DNA from: Enterobacter phage EC152
Strand: one strand, 5' to 3'
Sequence record: PP681140.1
Length of the DNA: 64,000 nt
The notes below the pieces were generated by a model, which saw only the letters and a program-made list of their open reading frames with translations, did not search any database and was not told the origin of the DNA. The position numbers and the translations under genes are program-made. Each line of letters starts with the position of its first letter. Position 1 is the first letter of the stretch. This document shows positions 36,334 to 47,094 of this stretch, one piece after another.

Positions 36334-37473
36334 TTAGAAATCCCAGGTTTCGCCATCGGTATCATCTACCGCTGCATTCAGGCGATAATCTGTGTTGGTT
36401 TGCTCTTGGTTAGCGTTCTGCTGTTTGCTCGGATTCATCCAGATATCCATGAACGGCAGAGGGTCGCGTTTTGGAGCCTCGAAATCACGTTCGATACCGT
36501 AGTAGTCATAGATCGGAGCACAGTTCCAGTCGGTCCAGTCTTTCAGTAATGGAGCATTAAGCCCGATGATTGCACGTCCCTCACTGAACAGGTAATCACC
36601 CCATGCGTACTCGTTGGTGCGAACTTCGTCCAGAATTGCTTTCAGTTCTGATTTGATAGCATAGAAACTATCTTTCCACACCGGGTCTTTCAACAGGATG
36701 TCAATGACACCGAAGTCCATTTTGGTGTGCAACATTTCGTCCAGCATAATTTTCTGAACAAGCTGACCTACCTGAACGAATACACCCTGTTCAGCCAGAG
36801 CAAAGGTACACGCGAAGCTGGAGATGAATTCGATACCTTCAAGGCCAAGCAGAGAGAACAGTGCTCGCAGAATACCACGACGAACTTCCTCTTTATCAAC
36901 AGACTCTGGATCGATACGGTATTTTGCACCGAGGATTTCCAGTTCACGCATATACTTGACGATCACACCTGAGCGTTCCAGAACTGCTTGGTTGTTCTGA
37001 ATGTCTTCAATGATCTGACGTGAGTTTGGCAGACACTGACGGACAATATCAGAATACGTTAAAGCATGAAGAACTTCAATCTCAGATTGCTTCATCATCA
37101 TAGCAAAGAGTTCGCTGTTGGTGATGAATGGTGCGAACAGACAGATAATTGCCTGTGCTGCAACGCTATCCGCTTCCCACTGCCACATGATCGTTTGTAC
37201 CATGACATCGTAGGTAGATTTGCTACAGGTTGCGAAATCAGTGATGGATTGGTTCAGTTCGACCTCATCTTCAGACCAGTCCTGCTCTTTCTGCTTTTTG
37301 TACAGGTCGAACAGTTGTGGGTACTTTTTGTTGATGGAGTCATACATCCCCATTTGCTGCCCCAAGAACAGCGGGTAGTCACCAGTTTTATGAGCGGTGT
37401 TCTCAACGTTAAATACAGCCATTATTCTCCCTCGAAAACGGGGCCGAAGCCCCATAAGAATTACAATGCACAA
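36334..37473 (-). CDS. nrdB: Ribonucleotide reductase class Ia beta subunit
   Basis: Ferritin-like di-iron motifs (EVLHALTYSD, EGIEFISSFA); placed directly downstream of nrdA. Confidence 0.85.
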   Translation of the reverse strand: MCIVILMGLRPRFRGRIMAVFNVENTAHKTGDYPLFLGQQMGMYDSINKKYPQLFDLYKKQKEQDWSEDEVELNQSITDFATCSKSTYDVMVQTIMWQWEADSVAAQAIICLFAPFITNSELFAMMMKQSEIEVLHALTYSDIVRQCLPNSRQIIEDIQNNQAVLERSGVIVKYMRELEILGAKYRIDPESVDKEEVRRGILRALFSLLGLEGIEFISSFACTFALAEQGVFVQVGQLVQKIMLDEMLHTKMDFGVIDILLKDPVWKDSFYAIKSELKAILDEVRTNEYAWGDYLFSEGRAIIGLNAPLLKDWTDWNCAPIYDYYGIERDFEAPKRDPLPFMDIWMNPSKQQNANQEQTNTDYRLNAAVDDTDGETWDF

Positions 37474-39776
37474 CCTTCACAGTACGGATCTTCAACCGAG
37501 TTGTCTGCAATCAGCGGATAGTCCTTGCGGGTCTCTTCCTCTGCTTGCTTCTTCGCCTGAAGCTCTGCGGTCAGGGAGTCACCAGCACCAACCTTAGAGT
37601 TAAGGTAGTACCAGGTTTTCATCCCCATTTTAGTCGCACGGATCAGGTAACCAATCTGGTCCTTCATCGAAATCTTCCCGTCTTTCAACTGGGTGTAGTC
37701 GATGTAGAGGTCAGCACTGATAGCCTGCCCTGCAAACTTCTGGATCACCGCGTAAACGTCGATCAGGTCGTTGCTGCTAATGTCCCATGCTGAGGTGTAG
37801 TAATCCTTCAGCGCTTCGTACTCTGGAACAATAAACAGTACAGATCCTTGTGGAGACTTCTTGAAGATGATGTGATCACGCACCGGGTAAAGCCCGTTTG
37901 TAGTATTGGTTGCCAGAGAGGAACTCTCATTTGGCATATAAGCTTCCAACACACTATTGCGGATACCGCCGTTCTTGATAATCTCCTGGCGAAGAGATTC
38001 CCAGTCCTGCTTCAGGCTTGGGTCTTTCACCACACTATCAACCGCCTTGTTATAGGTGTCGATAGGCAACCATCCCTGTGGGTACTTGGTTTTGTTCATC
38101 CAAGGTGCAACACCACGTTCTTTTGCCAGTCGCAGACTCGCCTTGTGCAGGCTGAAGCTGTGCAGTTCTGCAAGATCGTGAACCAACTGCTTACTCTCCG
38201 GAGAACCATACGCGACTTTGTGTTTCGCGATGTAGTGAGCAAGGTTTGTCAGGCCAACACCAATTGAACGACGAGACTTGGCAGTATGCTCCATGTTCTC
38301 ATACGGATAATCCATGATATCCATAACGTTGTCGATCATCAGGACGGTGTAGTAAGCCACATCCTCGTACTCTTCCGGAGATACCCGACCCGCCACCAGA
38401 GAGGACAGGAAGCATAATGCAACCTCACCATCATCTGCAAGAGGATCAAAGATATTCCGCATATCCTTATAACCCTTGGTTGGCAGACAGATTTCCTGAC
38501 ACAGGTTAGAGGAGTAAATTGTCTCCAGGAACGGTGTGTGTCGGTTCATTTCATCAGGCCAGTACACATACAGGCGACCAGTCTCTGCTCGTTGGGTGAT
38601 TAGCTCTAAAGCGAGATCGCGAGCCTTAACCCAGGTCTTAGGAATCTTTTTGTCAGCAGCCACACGAGCAACTTCTGCATCAAACTCCTGCATGGTCATC
38701 TTAAACATACCCTCGTGCAACTGAGGAGCATCCTTGTAAGAGACCAACATCCAGTCAAGGTTCTTAGCCACACGGTTCATGAACGACTGGTTGATACCAA
38801 TGGAGTAGTCCATTGTGTTGATACGCTTCGACGTTACAGTCTGCGGGTTTTTAAGTCGCATCAGTTCATCGATCTGCGGGTCAAGCGCAAGGAATGAAAT
38901 CGTTGCACTACCACCACGGGTTGACTGACGGTTCTCCTTCACCCCGGCATCAATGCCACGGTAATAAGGCAGTTTACCCATGTGTTTGATCGTATTGCCA
39001 CGAACACCATCACCAATCGAACGGGAGGACAGGTAATAACCAATCCCTGCCTGTGCAACTGTCATGGTGTATGCCACTTCACGAGCAACACCAATACTCT
39101 TAGCCGTATCGTCGGCCTTAATGATGCAACAGGACGCATAACCAGTACGCCCGGTACGCAGCCCGTTCAGATACGGTGTTGGGGCATTGATCTTCAGGTC
39201 AGAGAGATAAGTGTACAACTGGATCACATCGTTAATACGACGATCCTTTGGCATACGCTTCATCACTGCCATCGCGATACCCATGAACATCATCTGCGGA
39301 GATTCAAACAGAACATCGTTGATGTTGTCCTTGATACCGTACTTGTCACGGAACTGCTTCAGAACTGCATAGCCGTAATCAAGGTCTTTCGAGTGATTGA
39401 TAACTGTTTCCAGCTTAACCAGATCGAAAGAGTCATACCCCATATCTTCCCAGTAACCGATACTGGTCATGTAGTGGTAGAAGTTAAACAGCGTAGGGAT
39501 CTTTGTGAAGCCACCATACGCCTCCTTGTAGATCTGTCCGATGAGCACACGACCAGCCATGCGGGAGTGAGCTTCATCTTTACGACTTACACAAGCGTCG
39601 ATCAATGCCTGGTTTACTTCACGAGTGGTGCATCCATCATACAGGCGCTTATAAGCGTCCATAGAGATGTGGGACCAGTTACCATTACCGTCATCACCAA
39701 AGATTGCTGCTTTGTTCAAACGTTCTGGTTCAAAAGGAACACTAGATCCATCACTCTTTACAACTGTATTGATCAA
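37461..39776 (-). CDS. nrdA: Ribonucleotide reductase class Ia alpha subunit
   Basis: ATP-cone N-terminus and the active-site motif SNLCQEICLP. Confidence 0.9.
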   Translation of the reverse strand: MINTVVKSDGSSVPFEPERLNKAAIFGDDGNGNWSHISMDAYKRLYDGCTTREVNQALIDACVSRKDEAHSRMAGRVLIGQIYKEAYGGFTKIPTLFNFYHYMTSIGYWEDMGYDSFDLVKLETVINHSKDLDYGYAVLKQFRDKYGIKDNINDVLFESPQMMFMGIAMAVMKRMPKDRRINDVIQLYTYLSDLKINAPTPYLNGLRTGRTGYASCCIIKADDTAKSIGVAREVAYTMTVAQAGIGYYLSSRSIGDGVRGNTIKHMGKLPYYRGIDAGVKENRQSTRGGSATISFLALDPQIDELMRLKNPQTVTSKRINTMDYSIGINQSFMNRVAKNLDWMLVSYKDAPQLHEGMFKMTMQEFDAEVARVAADKKIPKTWVKARDLALELITQRAETGRLYVYWPDEMNRHTPFLETIYSSNLCQEICLPTKGYKDMRNIFDPLADDGEVALCFLSSLVAGRVSPEEYEDVAYYTVLMIDNVMDIMDYPYENMEHTAKSRRSIGVGLTNLAHYIAKHKVAYGSPESKQLVHDLAELHSFSLHKASLRLAKERGVAPWMNKTKYPQGWLPIDTYNKAVDSVVKDPSLKQDWESLRQEIIKNGGIRNSVLEAYMPNESSSLATNTTNGLYPVRDHIIFKKSPQGSVLFIVPEYEALKDYYTSAWDISSNDLIDVYAVIQKFAGQAISADLYIDYTQLKDGKISMKDQIGYLIRATKMGMKTWYYLNSKVGAGDSLTAELQAKKQAEEETRKDYPLIADNSVEDPYCEGCAL

Positions 39777-39785
39777 ACTTTCTCC

Positions 39786-40016
39786 TTATTTTTCTTCGAA
39801 TTGAGCAAGATACTTGTCAGCTTCATCAACTTCCTCGTCTTGAGGAGTATCTTCAGATGGAGCAGTGACGTTGATTATTTTACCAGAATATTGATCATAG
39901 TAAACATCATCGTACATCTTACTGTCATCGGTCAAATCATTGAAGTAGAGCCACCCGGCGTAGTGATGCTTATCATCGAAGCCACGGTCTTTCCACTTGG
40001 TCTTCTCTTTACTCAT
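39786..40016 (-). CDS. Small acidic protein, 76 aa
   Basis: ORF on the minus strand. Confidence 0.5.
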   Translation of the reverse strand: MSKEKTKWKDRGFDDKHHYAGWLYFNDLTDDSKMYDDVYYDQYSGKIINVTAPSEDTPQDEEVDEADKYLAQFEEK

Positions 40017-40543
40017 TAGTCCCCCAGACCAAATGCGTCACTCAGACGTGCTTCATCTTCACTATTGAACGTAATATCGAACGAATCTGGGCGATCACCA
40101 CGTTTGGTGTACTTACGGGTGTTAACTTTTTCATTCACCGGGATATCGTATGGCAAGTCGATAACGAACTCCATGTCTCGTTCCGAATACACACCAACAT
40201 CGAGGATGTCAACTCCGTTATAGATTTTTGCATACGGATAATCCGGACGCATGTCACCAACAAAGATCGTGGTCTTACGGTACAGATAGGGCAAATTAGC
40301 ACATCGTACATTCTTGTTGTTAAGCATAGTTACTTGCTTAGGATTACCCTCACTGTCGGAGACTTGGAATCCTACTGCATACAGGGCAGCACGGAGTCCA
40401 CTTTCTTGTGTCACATCGAATCCGGGTACTGTTCTCAGGAAGTCCAAAGTGACCGAAATGTGTTGGGTAGGTTTGCGTTTTGTTTTACTCATGTATTCTC
40501 CATTCTGCCTATAATCGGGGAGAAAACTCTCCCCGCAATTCAT
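40016..40543 (-). CDS. Hypothetical protein, 175 aa
   Basis: ORF on the minus strand. Confidence 0.6.
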   Translation of the reverse strand: MNCGESFLPDYRQNGEYMSKTKRKPTQHISVTLDFLRTVPGFDVTQESGLRAALYAVGFQVSDSEGNPKQVTMLNNKNVRCANLPYLYRKTTIFVGDMRPDYPYAKIYNGVDILDVGVYSERDMEFVIDLPYDIPVNEKVNTRKYTKRGDRPDSFDITFNSEDEARLSDAFGLGD

Positions 40544-40574
40544 ACAACCAAGATACGGATTACTGGAACCTTTG

Positions 40575-41579
40575 TCAACCGGAAACTACATTGTTCGGAA
40601 CTAACTGGCGGTGTTGTGACCAACCACGGAAATTACCACTCCAGAACATACCGTTGCGGTCAACGTGGGTCACACCTTCTTCCCAAGCAAAAGCTTCATT
40701 CCCAAGTTCTTCGCAAGAAGCATGAACGAGTGGAGTGGCCTGATGCTCGAAAGGAGAGGCATGTACCTTATTACCACTCAAAAGTTTCCCATAAATGTCC
40801 AGCGCCTTATCTTTTGTGTTGTTCAGAACTCGGTAAGAGACCTGAGCACAACACGAGGCAGATATTGCCTTTGCTTCCTCTACGGTAAGCATAACAGGCT
40901 TATCTTCTTCGTCAAGAACACAATACCCAACAAACACTACACACTCTTTGTCGTCAATGTCTTCGTATTCGTAGACGTGATCAACATACGGTGTGTGCCA
41001 CTGTCCCGGCTCCAAGAGTTCAGGCTCGGATTCGTCAAAGGCCTTCTTCATGGCTTCAGCCAGTGCGAAGATGGTTGGATCTGCATCCTTATCCACACGC
41101 AACCACCAGAAGTTCTCAAAGTCAGTTGCTGTCAGCACTGTCTTCATACGCTGGAATGGTTCCAGAAGACGGTTTGCGATCTGTTTGTGATACCCGGCCT
41201 CGGCAAAACCCTCAGCAAACACACTTGCGCTAACAGCGGCCTTGTGCCACCAGGTTTTAGCAGAATAAAGCTCTTCCTTTCTATCACCTGTAGAGACATC
41301 CAAGGAAATAACAGAGATCGGGGTGTTATGTTCACCAGCATCCTGCATTCCTGGTTGGTTTTTACCGAACTTCACAGGCATCGCAGGATTATCACGAACC
41401 TGAGCGATCATTTTCTTGATCGGGATTGCACGGCTGCTCATAGCGTTCCTGCTGAACAGTCGGTGCGTCATCAATTCGCTGTGAATGATACGCGGGTATT
41501 CAAGCTCAAAAGTTGTAATACGTTGTCCCTGCGGAGAGATACTATCCGCTACTACGCGAGCGATTACAGCTTCTGTCAT
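40575..41579 (-). CDS. thyX: Flavin-dependent thymidylate synthase (ThyX-like)
   Basis: THRLFSRNAMSSRA resembles the ThyX RHRxxSxNExSxRY motif. Confidence 0.6.
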   Translation of the reverse strand: MTEAVIARVVADSISPQGQRITTFELEYPRIIHSELMTHRLFSRNAMSSRAIPIKKMIAQVRDNPAMPVKFGKNQPGMQDAGEHNTPISVISLDVSTGDRKEELYSAKTWWHKAAVSASVFAEGFAEAGYHKQIANRLLEPFQRMKTVLTATDFENFWWLRVDKDADPTIFALAEAMKKAFDESEPELLEPGQWHTPYVDHVYEYEDIDDKECVVFVGYCVLDEEDKPVMLTVEEAKAISASCCAQVSYRVLNNTKDKALDIYGKLLSGNKVHASPFEHQATPLVHASCEELGNEAFAWEEGVTHVDRNGMFWSGNFRGWSQHRQLVPNNVVSG

Positions 41580-41902
41580 TACTTAGCCCCTTCTTGCAGT
41601 TTTTTCAGGATGTTTTCTTTGTTGGCTTCCATTACCTTACCAACAGCTTCTTCAACAACCTTCTCAAGGATCGCGGTGCGATCAGCGAAGCGTTGCTGGA
41701 ATGCGATCATTTCTTCAGCTTCTTCTGCGGTGAAAATACCGAGATACGCTTCAGTGATCAGGCGGTTAATGAAATCGGCATCAAGGCCCATATCTGCTGC
41801 GGTGATACCGTAAGCGTCCAGACCCATTACCTGTGGGACTTTATCCACACGGCGCTGTAACTCATTGGTCAGGATGTCGAAAGATTCTTGTTTTAAAGTC
41901 AT
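41579..41902 (-). CDS. Hypothetical protein, 107 aa
   Basis: ORF on the minus strand. Confidence 0.55.
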   Translation of the reverse strand: MTLKQESFDILTNELQRRVDKVPQVMGLDAYGITAADMGLDADFINRLITEAYLGIFTAEEAEEMIAFQQRFADRTAILEKVVEEAVGKVMEANKENILKKLQEGAK

Positions 41903-42092
41903 TTGCCTCTCCTTTTGATTCGGTATGGTGTTTCAGGATTCATGTTTGCCTTGAACACCAAATATCGTGTCAGGATGTCCTGACACATGTCACTTGTGGC
42001 TTTGAAGGATATGAGGAAAGTTCCATCCTCAGTGAACACTTCCACCCAATCCCCGTAGTGGACAACAAAGTCTCCTGTGGGGCATCTCTTCA

Positions 42093-42746
42093 TTACGCAA
42101 TATCCAGAACGAACTTACGGATGTCATCCCAGTTGTCGGTCTCAAGGTCAATCGAGACACGAATCTCCTCGGACTGATCGTATGGTGTCTTGAACTTAAT
42201 CTTGATCACCTCTGGGCCGAACTGGTTCAGAAACTCATTACGGTCATCAATGATGACATCGAGTTTGATACCAGCCTTGTTCTTCGTTGCATAGAACCCG
42301 TGGCCCGAGCCTGGCTCAATACTGAAAAACTCTTCAGTCTCACGTTTCAGGAAACGTACCTTAGACGAGAAGTGGCCTTTTTTGCAGTAAGATACAAACT
42401 GGTTGAAGTGTCCTGCTTCAGCCCATGCTGCCACTGCTTCAACTGCACCCGGTAGGGGTTTCAGTTTATCATACAGATATGGGTCTTCCCAAAAATCGTG
42501 TGGTGGAACCTGATTTACCTTTGCAGGTGGAAAATACTTGGAAACGTTGTAATACACCTTCCCTTGTGGATTCAGTGGTGGCAGAGTAGGATCTGCCTTC
42601 ACACCGTAAACCTGCTCCATCCAATGAACCCAGGGTGTCCCAGAATCAACAAAGGTCAGGTCAACATCAATACCAATATTCAGCGGTTTACGCATTCTCT
42701 TCTCCGTAGCTAATAGTCCTCGCCCATTCGAGAACCTCTTCAGCAC
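42093..42746 (-). CDS. HAD-superfamily 5'(3')-deoxyribonucleotidase-like protein
   Basis: N-terminal HAD motif I IGIDVDLTF. Confidence 0.55.
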   Translation of the reverse strand: MLKRFSNGRGLLATEKRMRKPLNIGIDVDLTFVDSGTPWVHWMEQVYGVKADPTLPPLNPQGKVYYNVSKYFPPAKVNQVPPHDFWEDPYLYDKLKPLPGAVEAVAAWAEAGHFNQFVSYCKKGHFSSKVRFLKRETEEFFSIEPGSGHGFYATKNKAGIKLDVIIDDRNEFLNQFGPEVIKIKFKTPYDQSEEIRVSIDLETDNWDDIRKFVLDIA

Positions 42747-43293
42747 AGTCTATCATGCCGCCCTCTTTGTTGTCAAAGTCACGCTCATGCCCTCTGATAC
42801 CTTCGAGGTACAACCAGTTACGACTGTCATTACCCCAATCATAACCTTTACGGTGGATACGTGCAAGGAAGAATTCACCACCTGTGGAATAAGCGTAATC
42901 AGAAAGCTCCTTGATCTCTTCAGCAAAACCACCATCGGAGAATACAATTACCTCATCGTTGGCATAATTCTGCTTCAGCTTCTCAACAGCAGCCTTACCA
43001 AAAGCAGATTTACCGAACAGAGGCTTAATTACCTTCTCTGAGCAATGGATCATCCACTCGCGAGGTGAAACAAAGAAACCATCGATCATCAGATATGGTG
43101 TTGGCTTCTCTTTGTAACGCCGGGTATACAGAGAATCCCACAATTCGCGAGAGATGCCAGCACTACGTACAGCAACCTCAAACAGAAGCTCTTTGACCTC
43201 TTCGTGGTTGATGTTTGGATTTCCCTTGCACAGATAGGCAGAGATTTCATCTTTACCGCTCTGTGGTGGGGCATTAAGGACTATAATATCCAA
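42688..43293 (-). CDS. Deoxynucleoside monophosphate kinase-like P-loop kinase
   Basis: VLNAPPQSGKD P-loop; size and architecture like T4 gp1. Confidence 0.5.
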   Translation of the reverse strand: MDIIVLNAPPQSGKDEISAYLCKGNPNINHEEVKELLFEVAVRSAGISRELWDSLYTRRYKEKPTPYLMIDGFFVSPREWMIHCSEKVIKPLFGKSAFGKAAVEKLKQNYANDEVIVFSDGGFAEEIKELSDYAYSTGGEFFLARIHRKGYDWGNDSRNWLYLEGIRGHERDFDNKEGGMIDCAEEVLEWARTISYGEENA

Positions 43294-43324
43294 TCTTCTC
43301 TCCTTTACAAAAGGGCCGAAGCCC

Positions 43325-44299
43325 TTAAATGATATTCACAAGCGTGTTAGCCATTTCTTCCTTGGTACGGATATTACGGCGGTCACGCATCACCGAACCA
43401 CAGCACTCACAACGGTATGCCTGGAACTTAGAAAGGTATGTAGTACCGACCTTACCCGGCATTTCCACAACCTGATCAGAGTTACAACGAACACAGCGTA
43501 GAACCTGATTGTCGTCTTCCTCATTGAACAGGGTCACGTTAGGGTGTTTCTTCATGAAAGGTCTTACTTTCAAGTAGATACCTTCAAGTGTTGGAATATC
43601 ACCGATGTTATAGAATTCCATTTCCTCAAACGCTTCAATCTCCCCGTGGAAACAGCGAATCCACAATGTAATCCCCTCGTGGTGGCGCTTACGTGCGTCC
43701 AGTTGGAAGTAATTACATGCGGCCTCCAGAGCATTAGAAGGCAAGGAGAATGCCGACTTCAGTTCTGCAAGCGTATCGATCACAATGTACGGAGATGGCG
43801 GTTTCATTCCGTGGAATGCGAAACGCTGGTTAGCCCAACCCTTATCGAAACGAGCATTGTGTGCAATGAAGATGTCACACTCATCCAGGATATGCCACAG
43901 TTCTTCAACCAGTTCTCGGTCGTCATGGATATCTGTTTTGAAAGTCTCGTAGTCTGGGAGTTTGCGACTGATGATCGCCGGGTTATCCAACCACTTACCC
44001 GCCCATGTCAGCATGTATGGCTCGTGCTCAACGTGGGAAGGTGTTACAAATGCCTTGAATCGGTTAAAGACCCAAGCCAAGGTCGCAGAGACCTCTACGT
44101 CACCCAAGAAGATCTTTGCTCCCGGATTACGTGCAACAGTCTCAGTAATTACCTGAGCAGCCTGCTTATCGTATTCGTGGGCCTTCAGGATCAGACGGAT
44201 GTGTGATTCCTTACTCTCTTTCCCAAGATAACGACGAGCAATTTCACGGTTACTCAGACCTTTCGCTTTTAAATCAAGGATTTCTTCTGCACTCAGCAT
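43325..44299 (-). CDS. DEDD-family 3'-5' exonuclease with N-terminal HTH and C-terminal zinc ribbon
   Basis: Exo motifs (IFLGDVEVSA; HNARFD) and CxxC...CxxC. Confidence 0.55.
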   Translation of the reverse strand: MLSAEEILDLKAKGLSNREIARRYLGKESKESHIRLILKAHEYDKQAAQVITETVARNPGAKIFLGDVEVSATLAWVFNRFKAFVTPSHVEHEPYMLTWAGKWLDNPAIISRKLPDYETFKTDIHDDRELVEELWHILDECDIFIAHNARFDKGWANQRFAFHGMKPPSPYIVIDTLAELKSAFSLPSNALEAACNYFQLDARKRHHEGITLWIRCFHGEIEAFEEMEFYNIGDIPTLEGIYLKVRPFMKKHPNVTLFNEEDDNQVLRCVRCNSDQVVEMPGKVGTTYLSKFQAYRCECCGSVMRDRRNIRTKEEMANTLVNII

Positions 44300-44500
44300 T
44301 ACACCTCTCGGATAAATTCAACAATATCATTCACAGCAAAGTCTCTCACGGCATCTTTCTCGACATCATATGCCTTGATCATCCATTGAGGCTCTTTGTG
44401 AAACTCAGTGGACCCATACCACATCACCGGGTCCATAACGGTTCTATAACCGTGCTCACCTCTCCAGTTCTTGTAGTAGAACTTCAAGGGTTTACTCAAA

Positions 44501-44986
44501 TTATTCAGCAAATCTTTCCTCCGTCTGTCTGACAAACTCCGTAAGGTAAAGTGTGATGCTTTCGTGTTTCTGAGTCCCTTTCGGGATGATGAGGCCGAGA
44601 TCCGACTCAGCCCTTTCAATGATCTTCTCATTGGTGCATCTTCTCAGGAACTTCAGCATGTCGTCCTTATACCCTGCGTGAATAGGATACCCACTGAAAT
44701 CCTGTTCCAAGTAGTCAGCAAGATTTCTAAGCGCTGTGGACAAAGGGGTGTCTGTGTAAGCAGAGACGTACTTCATCCAAGCCTTCAGGACATATCCTTC
44801 AAACGTATTCACACACTGGCTCAGAACTCCTCGACACTTTCCATCGAAGTGATCATGATCGAGACAAGGTTTGCGAAGTGGCTCACCGAGTACAGGATCA
44901 AGACCGCCTTGTTCCAGAATTAATTTCTCCCTGAATGCTGCAATCTGTCTTGCATCCTTAACCCAAAGTTCTGCCGTCAATGGCAC
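44501..44986 (-). CDS. Endonuclease VII-type Holliday junction resolvase
   Basis: CLDHDHFDGKCRGVLSQCVNTFEG matches the T4 endonuclease VII core (HxDHDH...GxVRGLLC..CN..G). Confidence 0.7.
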   Translation of the reverse strand: MPLTAELWVKDARQIAAFREKLILEQGGLDPVLGEPLRKPCLDHDHFDGKCRGVLSQCVNTFEGYVLKAWMKYVSAYTDTPLSTALRNLADYLEQDFSGYPIHAGYKDDMLKFLRRCTNEKIIERAESDLGLIIPKGTQKHESITLYLTEFVRQTEERFAE

Positions 44987-45030
44987 TACGACAGGCTTCT
45001 TCCTTGCCTTGGGTTTGGATACAGGACTTT

Positions 45031-45732
45031 TTACTCTTTTCCTGCGGATAGCCCCTCCAAGAACTTCTTGCCGATTAAATACGCATCAGCGTAGTCAGCC
45101 TTTCCTGCTGCAAGAGTAACACCGTCTAACCACCCCGGATAGTCGTAATCAACGGCCTTAACCATCATGGCTTTGTCCATCTTAACTTTGGAGCGTGATG
45201 ATACCATTTTATTCTTCTTTTTGTCAAGCTTTTCCTTAGTTACCCACTGCTCTTCCTCTGGAAGGAGGCTACGGGCAAAAGACTTAACAGAAGTCGGTGC
45301 AACAGTATGGATGTTAAAGTATTCAATAAAGTGATTACCACAACCATCCAAGCTAAGGGCAATGCAGTAGAACAGACCTGCAAGGTCCCTTGTGGCACTA
45401 CCAATAGACCCAAGACTCAGTGCTTCCATCACATAATCATCTGGAGAATACTCAGTACACAGTTCATTTATCCTTTTACAGATATGCTCGATCTGCTCAT
45501 AAACGGTGTCAAAGTAGTAAACTTCCGGGTTTTGCTTTCCCTTGCTCTTGGTAGAACCAGTCCTGATCATCTCCCGATAAATAGGAGTCCCATCACTCCA
45601 GATAACAACGGCACAATGGGACAAAGACTGATCAACAGACATCAAAACATAAGGGAACTCACTCATCTTTCCCGTCCACAGCATTCTCACGGAAAAGGAC
45701 CAAGGAGCACTCAAGGTCACCGTAGGCAACAC
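45031..45732 (-). CDS. Possible RuvC-fold resolvase/nuclease, 233 aa
   Basis: VLMSVDQSLSHCAVVIW resembles the RuvC motif I; weak. Confidence 0.3.
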   Translation of the reverse strand: MLPTVTLSAPWSFSVRMLWTGKMSEFPYVLMSVDQSLSHCAVVIWSDGTPIYREMIRTGSTKSKGKQNPEVYYFDTVYEQIEHICKRINELCTEYSPDDYVMEALSLGSIGSATRDLAGLFYCIALSLDGCGNHFIEYFNIHTVAPTSVKSFARSLLPEEEQWVTKEKLDKKKNKMVSSRSKVKMDKAMMVKAVDYDYPGWLDGVTLAAGKADYADAYLIGKKFLEGLSAGKE

Positions 45733-46057
45733 TCGTCAACAACAGCAACTTCTCACCTTCAACAAGCTCACAATCTTCAAGAAGAAGTACCGTGAAGGCC
45801 TTATCCGGGTCAATAAAGTCATCTGTGAAGACCACGTAGTCACCGTGGTCTGTCTCAAGCATACGCCAAATACCTGTTCCAACTATGAACTTAGGCTTCA
45901 GAGAAGAAACAGCGAGGGCCTTGGAGTCCCTCATTACTGCTTCCATGATCATCCCATCAATCATAAAACCCCCACACGACGCAGTTCTGTTGCCAGAGTT
46001 GTTGGATCGTTGGCTGTGCGCTTCATGTATACCATCTGGAAGATGATCGAAGCCCAC
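45659..46057 (-). CDS. Hypothetical protein, 132 aa
   Basis: ORF on the minus strand. Confidence 0.5.
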   Translation of the reverse strand: MGFDHLPDGIHEAHSQRSNNSGNRTASCGGFMIDGMIMEAVMRDSKALAVSSLKPKFIVGTGIWRMLETDHGDYVVFTDDFIDPDKAFTVLLLEDCELVEGEKLLLLTSVAYGDLECSLVLFRENAVDGKDE

Positions 46058-47094
46058 TGACCAGCACTCATTTTACGCTGAGTCCCATCCCACGAGGTGA
46101 ATTCAACCCCGTTAGGGAACCAGGTCTTGTACTGGTCAACAATAGCTGTCCACATATCCTTTTCAGTCTGTAAATGACCGATTAGGTTGAATGCGGCGGT
46201 ATCACCAAATCGTCCGGAGATGTCAAAGCACTGATAAGGCTTGATGTTATCTGAACTATCGCCACAGAGCATCTGGTAGCCGAAGAACTTACGTCCCCAA
46301 CCCTTAACCTTATTACCTTCCATCCAAATCTCACCCATAGAGTCATCAATGATCATTGGGATAGGGTGTTTCCATGTTTTCTCTTCACTGTCACGCATAG
46401 TGTCAAAAAGAAGACCAGGTGTTCCCTTTTGGTCCTTATCGAAGGATGCGACCATGTAGTTGAACTTGCCAGTGGCCTGGTAGAACTCCCACCCGGTGTT
46501 CATTAGCACAGACAGGTAATCGTCTGCCTCAACGCCGTCAATCACTTTGGCCTTGTACTTCTTCTTAACATACTCGCGTGTTTCCTGCAACAGCTTAGGA
46601 CGCAGGGTGTCTTCACGGTTGCCCTTATAACGCTCAGGTGCCGGAAGTAACAGACGGAAGTTGTTTTCACCACCAAGAACACCCATTCCGTATTGGTTGT
46701 CCATCTCCAGATGTTCAAAGATCGCATTGATCTTGGTTTTCAGGATGTGCAGGCAGTTTTCAACAGGCTCTGGAGTCTGAATGTCCTCAATCAGGAAGTC
46801 ATCTCTTCCCCAAGGAGTAAATTCACGTCCTTCTGCCTTTGCCTTGATTTCCATATTGGCGTTTTGGTCTTTTAACCAACCGCCTACCACCCTTTTGGTG
46901 GAACCCCAGAATTCTGTTCTGTTTTTGAAGATCTTTTCCCTGCCGGAAGCAATGTGCGTTGCCTTAATTGTACGCTTCTCAGCGCCAGCAGCAGACACAA
47001 AGCAAGTCTGGTCAAGGTCTAAAGCGATCACACAGTCATTCGTGACTTTATTTTTCCAATCTTTATCATACGGATATCCCACTAGCCCTCTCAA
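45961..47094 (-). CDS. 5'-3' exonuclease/flap endonuclease (T4 RNase H / T5 D15 family)
   Basis: GVEADDYLSVL and LCGDSSDNIKPY (H3TH) motifs. Confidence 0.75.
   Translation of the reverse strand: MRGLVGYPYDKDWKNKVTNDCVIALDLDQTCFVSAAGAEKRTIKATHIASGREKIFKNRTEFWGSTKRVVGGWLKDQNANMEIKAKAEGREFTPWGRDDFLIEDIQTPEPVENCLHILKTKINAIFEHLEMDNQYGMGVLGGENNFRLLLPAPERYKGNREDTLRPKLLQETREYVKKKYKAKVIDGVEADDYLSVLMNTGWEFYQATGKFNYMVASFDKDQKGTPGLLFDTMRDSEEKTWKHPIPMIIDDSMGEIWMEGNKVKGWGRKFFGYQMLCGDSSDNIKPYQCFDISGRFGDTAAFNLIGHLQTEKDMWTAIVDQYKTWFPNGVEFTSWDGTQRKMSAGQWASIIFQMVYMKRTANDPTTLATELRRVGVL

Noticed and set aside
38982-40019. 345-aa plus-strand ORF antisense to nrdA, plus ORFs 37848-38267 and 37066-37521
   Set aside because: Shadow ORFs opposite a confidently assigned, highly conserved gene; no translation signals
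40665-41813. 382-aa plus-strand ORF antisense to thyX
   Set aside because: Antisense shadow ORF with a low-complexity translation
44299-44631. 110-aa ORF overlapping the 3' end of the endonuclease VII gene by 131 bp
   Set aside because: The long overlap suggests the real gene, if any, starts at an internal Met; left unannotated
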